DNA of 63,049 nt, from assembly GCA_945278685.1 (NCBI GenBank), contig CALYPW010000001.1:1-63049 (forward strand), in the 5' to 3' direction. The stretch is from an uncultured Dolosicoccus sp. Its GTDB lineage: Bacteria > Bacillota > Bacilli > Lactobacillales > Aerococcaceae. This document shows positions 16,906-29,582 of this stretch, in pieces; positions within the stretch are counted from its first letter, which is position 1; each line of letters starts with the position of its first letter. The translations under genes and the position numbers were made by a program. The notes below the pieces were generated by a model, which saw only the letters and a list, made by a program, of their open reading frames with translations, made no database searches and was not told the DNA's origin.

Positions 16906-19900
16906 ATGAAAATATATACACAACCTTTTCAAAAGACGGTTCAAGAGATTGTCGAGACACCCCAAGGGGCTTTCCCTCATTGGGTGACAGGATTGGATGC
17001 TAGCGCCAGATCCATGCTTTTGGCCCAATTGTTCCTAGAAAGTCAAGAAACACTTTTGGTTGTCGAGCCTAGTGAACAACAATTAGAAGAATTAATGAAC
17101 GATTTATGTGCCCTTTTGCCGGAAGCGCCGATCCAAGTGTTTGCAGCTGAAGAGTCCATGGCTCTCGAATATTCACGGGCTTCTTTGGATAATCTGGAAG
17201 CCCGAATCGCGGCTCTGAACGCACTCCAAGGGGATGAACCCGCCATTGTTTTGACGACATCCGCAGGATTGCGTAAACGTTTGACGGCTGTCAAAAAATG
17301 GCAAGCAGCCATTTGGCAACTAGAAGTCGGGGCAGAAGTTGATTTTGACCAATTGGATGAGCATTTAAGCTATCTGGGGTATCAGCGGCTATCCATGGTT
17401 GAAGCGCCGGGAGACTACAGTGTGCGAGGCGGAATTGTTGATGTTTATCCCCTGGACCAAGAACATCCTTTCCGTCTTGATTTCTTTGATAAGGAATTAG
17501 ATTCCATCCGCCGTTTCAATGTGGAGACTCAAGAGTCCATCGAGAACGTGCGTTTTGCTTGTCTTACGCCGGCCAAAGATGTCTTGCTTTCGGTCGAAGA
17601 GCTTCAAGCTGTGTTGCCGATCCTTCGTCGATATACCCAAGAAACCTTGAAGGATTGTGAGGATGCTGAGGATCGGGACGCTCTCGCTTCGACTTTTAAG
17701 ACCCACTTGTCAGAATTGGAAAATGGCGATGACTTGCCTCATGCCTCTGCCTATTTAGGACTGACCAATCCTGAGGCCACCTCTTTAGTGGACTACCTTC
17801 CAGCCAGTGGTTATCTAGTCATTTATGATCAGAACCGTTTGGAACAAGTCATCCAACACCAAGAAGAAGAGGATCAATTTTGGGTGGATCAAGAAATCCA
17901 AAAAGGGCGCCTCTTTCCACAATTAGAGATAAAATTACCTGCTTTGAGCATCATTCAAAGTGCCCAGCAACGGACTATTCACTTCACCTTGATGCAACAA
18001 GGATTTGTGGATCAGCGCTTTGAAGGGCTTCACCATTTCGCTTACCGAAGCATGAACAACTTCTTCAATCAGATGTCTCTGATTCAAGCTGAAATTTCTT
18101 TATGGCTGGAAGAAGGCAGCATGATTCAAATTTTTGTAGAAGACGAAGGTCGCGCCCGACGGACCCGCGATTTGTTTGAAGCCCATCATCTATCGCCTTG
18201 CGTCATCCAAGAATCCGCACCTGTCAAAGGAGCTATCAACCTGGTGGTGGGCGCCCTGGGGAAAGGTTTCGAATTGCCGAACAATCATTGGGTTGTGCTT
18301 ACAGAGCGAGAACTTTTTGATCAAGTCCGCAAGCGTCGCCCTATTCGCGCGGCCCAAACCAGCAATGCGGAGCGGATCAAAAGTTACAACGAGTTAGAGG
18401 TTGGGGATTATGTGGTCCACGTTGAGCATGGCGTGGGCCGCTATACCGGAATTGAAACCATTGTGGTCAGTGGTCTCCACCGAGATCTATTGGCCATTGA
18501 ATACCAAAACGATGACCGCGTCTTAATTCCTGTGGACAAGGTCGATCTGATTCAAAAGTATGTGTCCTCTTCTGAAGGACGCGCGCCCAAGTTGAACCGT
18601 CTTGGTGGAACCGAGTGGGCTAAAACCAAACAACGAGTGGCCTCCAAGGTGGAAGATATTGCTGACGAGCTGATTGAGCTCTACGCTGAACGGGAACAGG
18701 AAAAAGGCTACGCCTTCTCATCGGATACTCCTGCTCAAGAAGCCTTTGAAGCGGCCTTCGAGTTCGTGGAAACTCCTGACCAATTGCGCAGCAGTGAAGA
18801 AATTAAAATGGACATGGAAAAAGAACGACCCATGGACCGCCTCCTGGTGGGAGACGTGGGGTATGGAAAGACTGAAGTGGCCATGCGGGCAATATTTAAG
18901 GCGGTTCAAGATGGTAAACAAGTAACCTTCCTAGTTCCGACTACGATCTTGGCCCAGCAACATCACACCACTCTGGTCGAAAGATTTGAAGGCTTTGGAG
19001 TAGAAGTTGGCTTGCTGAGTCGGTTTGTTTCAGCCAAGAATCAACAAGAAACCCTGGACCGGCTGGCTCTTGGTGATCTTCAGGTGGTGGTGGGAACCCA
19101 CCGTCTCTTGTCCAAAGACGTTGAATTCATTGATTTAGGGCTTCTGATCGTTGATGAGGAACAGCGCTTTGGCGTGAAACATAAAGAACGCATCAAGCAG
19201 ATCAGTAACTTGGTAGATGTGTTAACCTTGACAGCAACACCTATCCCAAGAACCTTGCACATGTCCATGATTGGTATTCGCGACCTATCGGTCATCGAAA
19301 CGCCACCGGAGAATCGTTTCCCTGTACAAACCTACGTCATCGAACAAAATGACAAAGTGATTCAATCTGCCATGGAACGGGAAATGTCTCGTGGCGGTCA
19401 AGCTTTTTATTTACACAACCGTGTGGACACCATTTACAAGCGTGCCCAAGAATTGGAACAACTCATTCCGAAGGCACGAGTGGCAGTGGCTCACGGGCAA
19501 ATGAGTGAAATTGAAGTAGAAATGGTCCTGATGGACTTCATCCAAGGAGAGTATGACCTCTTGGTAACCACGACCATTATTGAAACGGGGGTCGACATCC
19601 CCAACGCCAACACCCTATTCGTAGAGGATGCCGATCGGATGGGCTTATCCACCCTCTATCAATTGCGAGGAAGGGTTGGGCGGACTCACCGCATTGCCTA
19701 TACCTACTTGATGCACGAACCGGCCAAGCAGCTGACTCAAGTCAGCGAAGACCGACTCCAAGCCATTTATGAATTTACAGATCTCGGATCTGGTTTCAAA
19801 ATTGCCATGCGCGATTTGTCCATTCGTGGTGCTGGTAACCTCTTGGGTCAACAACAATCAGGATTCATTGATTCCGTTGGTTTTGACATGTATTCCCAGA

Positions 19901-20445
19901 TGTTGAAAGAAAGTATCGACACCAAACGGGGACTACGCCCAGAACGCTTGTCCAAGTTCTCAGACAATTTACTCATTGATGTGCAAGTGGATGCCTATAT
20001 CCCCGATAGTTACATTAAAGATCAACGCCAAAAAATAGGCATCTATAAGAACATTCAACAAATTGATTCACAGGAGACATATCGTTCCTTGCAGGATCAG
20101 TTAATTGACCGTTACGGCGAATTTCCCGACGAAGTTTCTGACTTGTTGGACATCGCCTTGATTCGTCATTGGGGCTTGTTGGTAGGGGTGGAAGGCATTA
20201 AACAAGTGCGTGGGAAAGTCCAGGTGACCTTTAATGAAGCCACCAGCCAACACTTACGGGGCCCTCGAATTTTTGAAAGCTTGCGAGAAGTAACCCTGAA
20301 AGCGGGTGTGGAACAGGTGAAAAACCAACTCGTAGTCAGTCTCAACATTCAAAGACTGGACAACGACCAATGGCTAACTGCACTCACTGTGTTCCTTGCC
20401 TCCACCTACAAAGTTTTAGATAAACATGGGGTATTTACCAAATAA
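16906..20445 (+). CDS. mfd: Transcription-repair coupling factor
   Basis: RGGIVDVY, GDYVVH..HGVG, GDVGYGKTEVA, DEEQRFG, TATPIPRT, QLRGRVGR, TRCF tail. AGGAGG before ATG 16906. Confidence 0.97.
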   Translation: MKIYTQPFQKTVQEIVETPQGAFPHWVTGLDASARSMLLAQLFLESQETLLVVEPSEQQLEELMNDLCALLPEAPIQVFAAEESMALEYSRASLDNLEARIAALNALQGDEPAIVLTTSAGLRKRLTAVKKWQAAIWQLEVGAEVDFDQLDEHLSYLGYQRLSMVEAPGDYSVRGGIVDVYPLDQEHPFRLDFFDKELDSIRRFNVETQESIENVRFACLTPAKDVLLSVEELQAVLPILRRYTQETLKDCEDAEDRDALASTFKTHLSELENGDDLPHASAYLGLTNPEATSLVDYLPASGYLVIYDQNRLEQVIQHQEEEDQFWVDQEIQKGRLFPQLEIKLPALSIIQSAQQRTIHFTLMQQGFVDQRFEGLHHFAYRSMNNFFNQMSLIQAEISLWLEEGSMIQIFVEDEGRARRTRDLFEAHHLSPCVIQESAPVKGAINLVVGALGKGFELPNNHWVVLTERELFDQVRKRRPIRAAQTSNAERIKSYNELEVGDYVVHVEHGVGRYTGIETIVVSGLHRDLLAIEYQNDDRVLIPVDKVDLIQKYVSSSEGRAPKLNRLGGTEWAKTKQRVASKVEDIADELIELYAEREQEKGYAFSSDTPAQEAFEAAFEFVETPDQLRSSEEIKMDMEKERPMDRLLVGDVGYGKTEVAMRAIFKAVQDGKQVTFLVPTTILAQQHHTTLVERFEGFGVEVGLLSRFVSAKNQQETLDRLALGDLQVVVGTHRLLSKDVEFIDLGLLIVDEEQRFGVKHKERIKQISNLVDVLTLTATPIPRTLHMSMIGIRDLSVIETPPENRFPVQTYVIEQNDKVIQSAMEREMSRGGQAFYLHNRVDTIYKRAQELEQLIPKARVAVAHGQMSEIEVEMVLMDFIQGEYDLLVTTTIIETGVDIPNANTLFVEDADRMGLSTLYQLRGRVGRTHRIAYTYLMHEPAKQLTQVSEDRLQAIYEFTDLGSGFKIAMRDLSIRGAGNLLGQQQSGFIDSVGFDMYSQMLKESIDTKRGLRPERLSKFSDNLLIDVQVDAYIPDSYIKDQRQKIGIYKNIQQIDSQETYRSLQDQLIDRYGEFPDEVSDLLDIALIRHWGLLVGVEGIKQVRGKVQVTFNEATSQHLRGPRIFESLREVTLKAGVEQVKNQLVVSLNIQRLDNDQWLTALTVFLASTYKVLDKHGVFTK

Positions 20446-20456
20446 AGGAGAAAAAG

Positions 20457-20726
20457 ATGCGATTAGACAAATATTTAAAAGTTGCGCGGGTGATTCGGCG
20501 CCGTTCTGTCGCTAAAGAATTGGGCGATCAGGGACGCGTCACGATTAACGACCGTGTGGCGAAATCTGGTACTCGCGTATCAGTGGGCGATCAAATTATG
20601 ATTCAATTTGGCAATCGCCGCTTGACCATCGAAGTGGTCGATGTTCGCGACACGACCAAAAAACATGAAGCCGAGGGGATGTACCGAGTGGTCTCGGAAG
20701 AAAGGGTGGCGCCTGAAACACCTTAA
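20457..20726 (+). CDS. rqcP: S4-domain RNA-binding protein YabO/RqcP (Hsp15 family)
   Basis: MRLDKYLKVARVIRRRSVAKE; conserved position after mfd. Confidence 0.9.
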   Translation: MRLDKYLKVARVIRRRSVAKELGDQGRVTINDRVAKSGTRVSVGDQIMIQFGNRRLTIEVVDVRDTTKKHEAEGMYRVVSEERVAPETP

Positions 20727-20812
20727 ACGGACTTTTACGAATAAGTTCAAAGAAAAGAGTTTCATAATTCAGTCAGGGTCTGATATAATAAGAAACCATA
20801 GGAGTGAAAGCG

Positions 20813-21205
20813 ATGAAGCGGCGGCATCAACGAGACAATTCTACATCGAATGTAGTCCCTTTTAATCGTTACCAACGATCCAAAAGTGGGACTAACAAGA
20901 GTCAGCGAAACCGCCAACCACGCAAATGGTTAGTCATGGTTTGTTTGGCTTGTGTAGGATTATCGTCGAGCTACTTCTATCATGCACTCACTCAAAAAAA
21001 TGAATATCAAGAGAAACTTGAAGTTGCCAAACGCCAAAAACGTGAGGCACGAAACCGCTTAGAAGCTAAAGAGATTGAATACCAACATGCTTTATCGCCG
21101 GAATATCTTGAACAGGTCGCCAGGCGCGATTACTATTACTCAAAGCCTGGAGAAATTGTTTTTGATTTGCCCAGGTCTTCTTTTCAAGAAGACCCTGATG
21201 AATGA
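20813..21205 (+). CDS. divIC: Septum formation initiator DivIC/FtsB
   Basis: Basic N-terminus, one TM, coiled coil, EYLEQVARRDYYYSKPGEIVF. Promoter TTCATA-N17-TATAAT at 20761-20789. Confidence 0.88.
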   Translation: MKRRHQRDNSTSNVVPFNRYQRSKSGTNKSQRNRQPRKWLVMVCLACVGLSSSYFYHALTQKNEYQEKLEVAKRQKREARNRLEAKEIEYQHALSPEYLEQVARRDYYYSKPGEIVFDLPRSSFQEDPDE

Positions 21206-21255
21206 AGGATTTAATATGCTTTTAGTCGGATGTTTTAGGGAGGAATATAATTTCT

Positions 21256-21741
21256 ATGTCAATTGAAGTGGGGCAAAAAGTTCCAGGAAAGATTACTGGA
21301 ATCACACACTTTGGTGCATTCGTGGAGTTGCCAGAAAATCAAACAGGACTTATCCATATTAGTGAAATTTCAGACAGTTTTGTCAAAGATATCAACGATG
21401 TCTTAGCCGTCGATGAAGAAGTTGAAGTTCGAGTATTATCGATGGATGGAGGACGTATTAGTCTCTCCTTGCGAGAAGAAGGTGCCAAAGAGAGCACTGA
21501 GTCTTTAAGAGCACCACGCAGTACCCGTCCAGAAAGATCCCCAAGAAGTCCCCGAGGACAAGAAAATCGTCAACATTCCCACGCACCACGCAGTGGGCGT
21601 CGCAACAACCGTTCACAACAATCCAGCGGTGACTTTGATAAGCTGATGAGTAGTTTCCTAAAAGACAGTGAAGATCGTTTGGCATCCATTCGCCGAAACA
21701 CTGAAGGTAAACGCGGTGGCCGTGGCGGCCGTCGCAATTAA
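21256..21741 (+). CDS. S1-domain RNA-binding protein (YabR-like)
   Basis: GKITGITHFGAFV..GLIHISEIS, FDKLMSSFLKDSEDRL..RRNTEGKRGGRGGR. Confidence 0.9.
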   Translation: MSIEVGQKVPGKITGITHFGAFVELPENQTGLIHISEISDSFVKDINDVLAVDEEVEVRVLSMDGGRISLSLREEGAKESTESLRAPRSTRPERSPRSPRGQENRQHSHAPRSGRRNNRSQQSSGDFDKLMSSFLKDSEDRLASIRRNTEGKRGGRGGRRN

Positions 21742-21802
21742 ATAGAAGACTCAACGGCCCTTTTTGGGCCGTTTTTTAGATTTAGAAAGAAAGGTGAGAG
21801 AG

Positions 21803-23197
21803 ATGAATCCCGTTTTAAAAGCACTAGAAGAATATGCACACCGCCAGGGCTGGGGACACGCCTCCCAAGTTCTTCTAGTAGCAGTTTCAGGAGGAATCGA
21901 CTCCATGGTCTTATTAACAGCCTTGCATCAGTTGTGCCAGCGCAAGGCATATCAAGGATTGCGGCCCTACACTGTCCACTTCAATCATCGTTTGCGGGAC
22001 CTAGAAATTGTGGAAGAGGAGGGGCGAATGGTGATGAGTTATTCTTATAACCTCGGAATTCCTGTTCATTACGGGCATTGGGATCGACCAACCACCAAAA
22101 ATGTCGAGGAGAATGCGCGCAAGGCCCGTTACAATTACTTTCTCGAAGCTGCTCGGTGCGTCAGTTCGAAGCATATACTGACTGGCCACCATCAAAATGA
22201 TCAAGTCGAAACCTACCTGATGCGTCTCATTCGTGGCACTTCTTTGCGAGGAATGCCAGGAATTCGTCCCAGCGCCTATCGCCAGGATGTTACCTACCAT
22301 CGCCCCTTATTGCAGGTCACCCGTCAAGAAATAGAGGACTTTGCGAAGACCTATGAAGTACCCTTTAGCCATGATGCGAGTAACGATCTAGATATTTACT
22401 TTCGAAATCGGGTGCGCCATTCCTATTTACCACAGTTGGAGAAAGAAAATCCCAAGTTTCTCGACGCAGTCTCACAGCGCCAACAGCTTCTGGGGGTCAG
22501 TTACGACTTGCACCTGGAAAACTTCCAACAAGAGGCTTCCTGTTGGCTGATCAAGGAACAAGAGCGCGTCCAGTTGCAATTGCAGCCATTTGTGTCTTGG
22601 TCAACCGCCAAGCAAGAAATCTATTTGCACCTGCTCTTTGAAGAATTATTGGTGCCATGGATTCCTGATTACAAGAAAGGCTTGATCCATGAACTATGGG
22701 ATTTAATGACCAGTGCCACCCGTCCATCTGGAAGCTTAGACTTAGGTCGTGGGTGGATAGCCCAGAGAAATTATGAGACTGTCACCATTGAACGCTCAAC
22801 AAATCGGGAAGACTTTCGGGAGGATGAGGTGGATTGGGCCTTGTTGGATCAGTGGCAAGCCTTGGATCCACATACCGAAATCTTTGTGACCCAGCAGAAG
22901 TGCCCCCAAGAAAATTACACGGACGCTTATTATTTCGACGAGAAACTTCTTCCCAGGCTCCGTTTGCGCCATCCACAAACAGGAGATCGTCTGAGATTCT
23001 ATCCGCGAGCTGGCTCACCTTTTACTAAGACTTTGAGACGATTTTTTATTGACGAAAAAACCCCTCGGCATGAACGTTGCCGTCAGTGGGTGTTGATAGA
23101 TCCACATCAAGAGATATTATGGGTCCTGGGCACCCGCTTCAAAGTTAAACAAAAAGAAAAAAGCTGTCAAATTTTGTTTAGAAAAACACAAGACTAA
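21803..23197 (+). CDS. tilS: tRNA(Ile)-lysidine synthetase
   Basis: VAVSGGIDSM PP-loop, HFNHRLR, EENARKARY, TGHHQNDQVET, RPLL, RNRVR. Confidence 0.95.
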   Translation: MNPVLKALEEYAHRQGWGHASQVLLVAVSGGIDSMVLLTALHQLCQRKAYQGLRPYTVHFNHRLRDLEIVEEEGRMVMSYSYNLGIPVHYGHWDRPTTKNVEENARKARYNYFLEAARCVSSKHILTGHHQNDQVETYLMRLIRGTSLRGMPGIRPSAYRQDVTYHRPLLQVTRQEIEDFAKTYEVPFSHDASNDLDIYFRNRVRHSYLPQLEKENPKFLDAVSQRQQLLGVSYDLHLENFQQEASCWLIKEQERVQLQLQPFVSWSTAKQEIYLHLLFEELLVPWIPDYKKGLIHELWDLMTSATRPSGSLDLGRGWIAQRNYETVTIERSTNREDFREDEVDWALLDQWQALDPHTEIFVTQQKCPQENYTDAYYFDEKLLPRLRLRHPQTGDRLRFYPRAGSPFTKTLRRFFIDEKTPRHERCRQWVLIDPHQEILWVLGTRFKVKQKEKSCQILFRKTQD

Positions 23198-23255
23198 TGG
23201 TTGCGAAAGTGGTATAGTTTTAAATACCACACTTAATGATCTAAAGGAGAAAAAA

Positions 23256-23795
23256 TTGGATAATGATATTTTAAAAGTGTTGATATCAGAAGAAGAAATT
23301 CATAAAATCGTTCATCGTCTTGGAAAAGAGATTGAAGAAGATTACCGAGGCAAAGATTTGGTGGTTGTTGGAATTTTGCGTGGATCCGTTGTGTTTATGA
23401 CCGATCTTATCCGTGAAATCGACCTTCACCTCGACATTGATTTTATGGATGTCTCCAGTTACGGTGATGGCATGGAATCCACAGGCATTGTCAAAATCTT
23501 AAAGGACTTGGAAGAATCCATTAAAGGTCGCCATGTCCTAATTGTTGAAGACATTGTGGATACGGGGCGCACAGTGAAGCACCTGCAAGGGTTATTAGAG
23601 TACCGAGAAGCAGCCTCCATTGAAGTGTGTACTTTCTTGGACAAACCAACACGCCGTGAGATCAGCGGGTTAGAAGTAAAATATGTTGGAACAGAAGTTC
23701 CCAACGAATTTGTGGTTGGCTACGGCTTAGACTTTAGTCAAAAGTACCGCAACCTGCCTTATGTAGGAATTCTTAAACCTGAAATCTACGAATAG
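23256..23795 (+). CDS. hpt: Hypoxanthine phosphoribosyltransferase
   Basis: GILRGS, VSSYG, VLIVEDIVDTGRT, FVVGYGLD; TTG start. Confidence 0.96.
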   Translation: MDNDILKVLISEEEIHKIVHRLGKEIEEDYRGKDLVVVGILRGSVVFMTDLIREIDLHLDIDFMDVSSYGDGMESTGIVKILKDLEESIKGRHVLIVEDIVDTGRTVKHLQGLLEYREAASIEVCTFLDKPTRREISGLEVKYVGTEVPNEFVVGYGLDFSQKYRNLPYVGILKPEIYE

Positions 23796-23887
23796 AACAC
23801 TTTACTCGTCAGTAGTAGTGGTTATGGTATCATGATTCAATAGTCAATTGATTATTAACGATTCATCAGAAGGGAGATTTATAGTTT

Positions 23888-25942
23888 ATGCAACAAAAAC
23901 CCAACCCGAATCGAAATGTTTTTCGGGGACCTCTTTTTTACTTGTTAACAATTTTAGCAGTAGTTGGAGGTATCCAATTATTCACGAATAATTCCTATTT
24001 GTCAGGAAATATAAAAGAGATCAGTTCATCAGAATTCATCACTCAATTGGACGAGGGACAGATTCAAGAATTTGATATCCAAATAGGTGCAGGGTCTTAT
24101 GAAATTCAAGGGACTTATAACGAAAGTCAAACAACCGATAAGGAAGAAGAGAGTTTTCGCCAAGTTTTTAACACTTCGGAAAGAACCAACCAATTCAAAA
24201 CTCGCCTTTTAGGTAACGACGACACGCTTAAACGCGTGACAGATTTAGCTTTGAAGACGGAAACAGATGTCACAACCATTCCAGAATCTAGTGCAGGTAC
24301 CTGGTTAAGTTTTCTGCCCTTCCTGATTTTGACGGTTCCTGCCCTTTTCCTCATGTTCTCCATGATGCGAGGCGGAGGTGCCGGTGGCGGTGGCCAGAAC
24401 ATGATGAGCTTTGGAAAGTCCAAATCGGAAGATGTTTCCGGTGAAAGATCCAAAGTCCGTTTTACAGACGTTGCCGGTGCAGAAGAAGAAAAGCAAGAAT
24501 TAGTGGAAATTGTGGAGTTCTTAAAAGAACCCAAACGATTCACTGATTTAGGTGCCAGAATTCCTGCCGGAGTTCTTTTAGAGGGCCCTCCCGGAACTGG
24601 AAAGACGCTCTTGGCCAAAGCGGTGGCTGGTGAAGCCGGCGTTCCTTTTTTCAACATTTCAGGTTCCGAGTTCGTCGAAATGTTCGTCGGGGTTGGAGCC
24701 AGCCGCGTCAGAGACCTCTTTAAGAAAGCCAAACAAGAAGCCCCTGCCATCATCTTCATTGATGAGATCGATGCCGTCGGTCGCCAACGTGGCGCTGGGA
24801 TGGGTGGCGGCCATGACGAACGTGAACAAACCTTGAACCAGTTATTGGTTGAAATGGATGGGTTCGAAGGCAACGAGGGCGTCATCGTTATGGCGGCCAC
24901 CAACCGAGCCGACGTTCTTGACCCTGCTTTATTAAGACCGGGACGCTTCGACCGTCAAATCATGGTTGGAAATCCAGATGTGAAGGCACGTGAAGCCATT
25001 CTTCAAGTACACGCCCGCAACAAGAAACTGGATGACACCATTGATTTAAAGACCATTGCCCATCAAACACCAGGATTTTCAGGAGCTGACCTTGAAAACT
25101 TACTCAACGAAGCAGCACTAGTTGCGGCGCGTTTTAACCGAACTTCTATCCTTTCGGAAGATGTGGACGAAGCGTATGACCGTGTGATTGCGGGAATTGC
25201 TAAAGATTATTCCGCGAGGTCAGAAAAACAAAACCGCACGGTGGCTTATCACGAAGCCGGGCACACCGTCATCGGAATGGTGTTGGATGATGCCCGAACG
25301 GTCCATAAAGTCACCATCGTTCCAAGAGGACGAGCGGGTGGTTATGCGGTCATGCTTCCTAAGGAAGATCAGTTACTCAATACTGAAGAAGAATTGCTTC
25401 AACAAGTTGTCGGTCTACTGGGCGGACGCGTTGCAGAAGAAATTGTCTTTGGCACCAAAACGACTGGTGCCCAACAAGACTTCCAACAAGCCACACAAAT
25501 TGTGCGCCGCATGGTGGTTGAGTTTGGCATGTCCGACAATTTAGGGCCGGTTCAATATGAGTCCAATCAAAGTGTTTTCCTAGGCCGAGATTACGGTCAA
25601 GGGTCCGCCTATTCCGATCAAATCGCCTTCGAAATTGACAAAGAAGTCTTGCGCATTATGAACGAATGTCATGAGCGTGCCCATCAAATTATTAATGAGC
25701 ACCGCAAGCAGTTAAACGTAATTGCAGAGAAACTGCTCGAAGTAGAAACCTTGGATAAAGCTGAAATTGAGTCTCTCTTCCACACGGGCCAAATGCCGAA
25801 GGAAGTAGTTGATCCATCAGAGGATACCAACACCGTTAAAACCGACGACTTTGAAAGATCAAAAGAAAAAAGTGATTCCGAATTACAGGAACATTTGAAC
25901 AAATATCATGACAAAAACAGTCACGAGGATAAACAGTCTTAA
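23888..25942 (+). CDS. ftsH: ATP-dependent zinc metalloprotease FtsH
   Basis: Two TMs, [34 protein letters not shown]. Confidence 0.98.
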   Translation: MQQKPNPNRNVFRGPLFYLLTILAVVGGIQLFTNNSYLSGNIKEISSSEFITQLDEGQIQEFDIQIGAGSYEIQGTYNESQTTDKEEESFRQVFNTSERTNQFKTRLLGNDDTLKRVTDLALKTETDVTTIPESSAGTWLSFLPFLILTVPALFLMFSMMRGGGAGGGGQNMMSFGKSKSEDVSGERSKVRFTDVAGAEEEKQELVEIVEFLKEPKRFTDLGARIPAGVLLEGPPGTGKTLLAKAVAGEAGVPFFNISGSEFVEMFVGVGASRVRDLFKKAKQEAPAIIFIDEIDAVGRQRGAGMGGGHDEREQTLNQLLVEMDGFEGNEGVIVMAATNRADVLDPALLRPGRFDRQIMVGNPDVKAREAILQVHARNKKLDDTIDLKTIAHQTPGFSGADLENLLNEAALVAARFNRTSILSEDVDEAYDRVIAGIAKDYSARSEKQNRTVAYHEAGHTVIGMVLDDARTVHKVTIVPRGRAGGYAVMLPKEDQLLNTEEELLQQVVGLLGGRVAEEIVFGTKTTGAQQDFQQATQIVRRMVVEFGMSDNLGPVQYESNQSVFLGRDYGQGSAYSDQIAFEIDKEVLRIMNECHERAHQIINEHRKQLNVIAEKLLEVETLDKAEIESLFHTGQMPKEVVDPSEDTNTVKTDDFERSKEKSDSELQEHLNKYHDKNSHEDKQS

Positions 25943-25958
25943 CATCAAAGGATCTTTT

Positions 25959-25996
25959 AAAGGCGAACAACTCTTACCCGTTGTTCGCCTTTTTTC
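25959..25996 (+). terminator. Terminator after ftsH
   Basis: AAAGGCGAACAAC...GTTGTTCGCCTTT followed by a T-run. Confidence 0.8.
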
Positions 25997-26040
25997 TTGT
26001 GATTGATCAGAAATAACCCATGAATTTAAAGGAGAAAAAC

Positions 26041-26934
26041 ATGTCAAATCAATTACTGAGAGCACTCGCTTTCGACGGGCAAGTGCGTGTGTTCGTTGTC
26101 AATGCCAAAGAACTTGTGCAAGAAGCACAGACCCGTCACGATACCTGGCACACAGCCACTGCTGTTCTAGGCCGAACCCTGATAGCGACCAGCTTGTTAG
26201 CTGCGGATTTAAAGGGGGATGATCATATCGCTGTGGATATTCGCGGAAGCGGTCCGGTAGGAGCAGTGATGGCTGAAGGGGATGCTCATGGAAATATTCG
26301 GGGTTGCGTAGCCAATCCCCATGTGGCTTTGGATTTGAATGCCGACGGCAATCTCGATGTTCGAGGAGCCATCGGTTTGCCAGGCACTCTCACGGTGAAG
26401 AAGTTTATCAGTGTCCTAGAACCTTATGCTGGGCAGGTAGATCTTGTCAGTGGTGAATTGGGGGAGGATTTCACTTATTATTTAGCAGTTTCAGAACAAA
26501 TCCCATCCTCTGTTGGACTCAGCGTCCTCATCAACCCAGATGAAAGCGTAGCAGCCGCCGGTGGATTTATGATTCAAGTTATGCCAGGCGCGACGGACGA
26601 AACTTTGAACGAGCTGGAGGAGCACTTGGGACAGTTGGAATTATTCTCCACCCTTTTAAATGAAGAGCATACCTTGGAAGAATTGTTGGGATACCTGGTG
26701 GGGTCTGAGAATTACAAGGTGCTTGCGACAGAGGAGATTCGCTTTTCTTGTTCTTGCAACAAGGAACGTTTGTTGGCAGGACTGCAAACTTTAGGGAAAG
26801 ATGAAATTCAAACAATGATTGATGAAGATGATGGCGCAGAAGTGATTTGCCATTTCTGTAGTGAAGTTTATCACTTTAGCCGTCAAGATTTAGAAAGTCT
26901 GTTAGTAGATGAGGGTGATTCTCATGGCCTTTAA
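26041..26934 (+). CDS. hslO: Redox-regulated chaperone Hsp33
   Basis: GELGEDFTYY..SEQ.PS, AAGGF.IQ.MPG, CSC..C HFC zinc motif. Confidence 0.95.
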   Translation: MSNQLLRALAFDGQVRVFVVNAKELVQEAQTRHDTWHTATAVLGRTLIATSLLAADLKGDDHIAVDIRGSGPVGAVMAEGDAHGNIRGCVANPHVALDLNADGNLDVRGAIGLPGTLTVKKFISVLEPYAGQVDLVSGELGEDFTYYLAVSEQIPSSVGLSVLINPDESVAAAGGFMIQVMPGATDETLNELEEHLGQLELFSTLLNEEHTLEELLGYLVGSENYKVLATEEIRFSCSCNKERLLAGLQTLGKDEIQTMIDEDDGAEVICHFCSEVYHFSRQDLESLLVDEGDSHGL

Positions 26935-27961
26935 AATCGGTGACATTCAAATAGAAAATCCCGTAGTCGTTGCACCCATGGCGGGTATCTCCAATGCGGC
27001 CTTTCGGACCATTGTCAAACAGTTCGGAGCTGGGCTTGTTGTTTGTGAGATGATCAGCGATAAAGGGATCCAATTTCGCAATAAGAAAACCTTGGAAATG
27101 TTGCACATTGAGCCTGAAGAGTATCCTCTCAGTGTTCAAATTATGGGTGGAGACCGGAACTCCTTGGTGGAAGCTGCCAAATACGTGGCGGACACAACGG
27201 AAGCGGCCATGATCGATATCAATATGGGGTGCCCGGTTAACAAAGTAATCCGCTCAGAAGCTGGCGCTCGTTGGTTGTTAGATCCAGATAAAATTTATGA
27301 GATGGTTTCGGCAGTGGTGGATGCCATCGACAAACCAGTAACCGTCAAAATGCGTACCGGCTGGGACCATGACCACATTTACGCCGTTGAAAATGCACTT
27401 GCTGCTGAACGTGCCGGCGCTTCCATGATTGCCATGCACGGGCGTACGCGCAAGCAATTGTATACAGGAAAAGCCGACTGGGATATCATTGCGGGTGTGG
27501 CCAAAGAGCTCACCGTGCCTTTTGTTGGAAATGGCGATGTGCGAACACCGGAACAGATGGCCCACTTACTTGAAACTACTGGCGTCGACGGCGTCATGGT
27601 GGGACGAGCCGCTTTAGGAAATCCTTGGATCATCCGCCAAATGGTTCATTACTATGAGACAGGCGAATTGTTACCCGAAATGACCATTCAGGAAAAAATT
27701 GAGCTCGCCATTGATCACTTGGACCGCCTGGTGGATTTAAAAGGTGAAGAAATTGCGACCAAGGAATTTCGAGGCCATGTGCACTATTATGTAACGGGAA
27801 TCCCGCGGGCATCAAAAATGCGAGAAGCGGTCAACTATATTATGGATCCCGACATCATGCGTCAAACACTTCTAGATTTTTCCCAAGAAGCCCAAGTGCG
27901 AGAGGCCTTGCGTCTGGAACGCCGTGCCAAAAGACGCCAAGAACACATGGAAAATCAATAG
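26924..27961 (+). CDS. dusB: tRNA-dihydrouridine synthase B
   Basis: APMAG, DINMGCP, VKMRTGW, HGRTR, NGDV, MVGRAALGNPW. Confidence 0.95.
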   Translation: MAFKIGDIQIENPVVVAPMAGISNAAFRTIVKQFGAGLVVCEMISDKGIQFRNKKTLEMLHIEPEEYPLSVQIMGGDRNSLVEAAKYVADTTEAAMIDINMGCPVNKVIRSEAGARWLLDPDKIYEMVSAVVDAIDKPVTVKMRTGWDHDHIYAVENALAAERAGASMIAMHGRTRKQLYTGKADWDIIAGVAKELTVPFVGNGDVRTPEQMAHLLETTGVDGVMVGRAALGNPWIIRQMVHYYETGELLPEMTIQEKIELAIDHLDRLVDLKGEEIATKEFRGHVHYYVTGIPRASKMREAVNYIMDPDIMRQTLLDFSQEAQVREALRLERRAKRRQEHMENQ

Positions 27962-28016
27962 ATCTGGAATGGGTCATGACATTTCTACAGGATTAGGGTA
28001 AACTAGACAAGAATAA

Positions 28017-29546
<1,530 letters not shown>

Positions 29547-29555
29547 TAAATACTA

Positions 29556-29582
29556 CCAGCCATGAAAATGGCTGGTTTTTTG
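29556..29582 (+). terminator. Terminator after lysS
   Basis: ACCAGCCAT-gaaa-ATGGCTGGT followed by TTTTT. Confidence 0.85.

Noticed and set aside
20736-20743. Exact TACGAATA (cin-box) upstream of divIC; another at the hpt stop codon
   Set aside because: divIC already has a good sigma-A promoter and is not a typical late competence gene; the hpt copy is coding sequence. An 8-mer can occur by chance.
24127-24903. 258-aa antisense ORF inside ftsH, and similar antisense ORFs in rplD, whiA, oadB, rpoA and rpsK
   Set aside because: These are shadow frames of conserved genes arising from codon bias, with no RBS or recognisable motifs.
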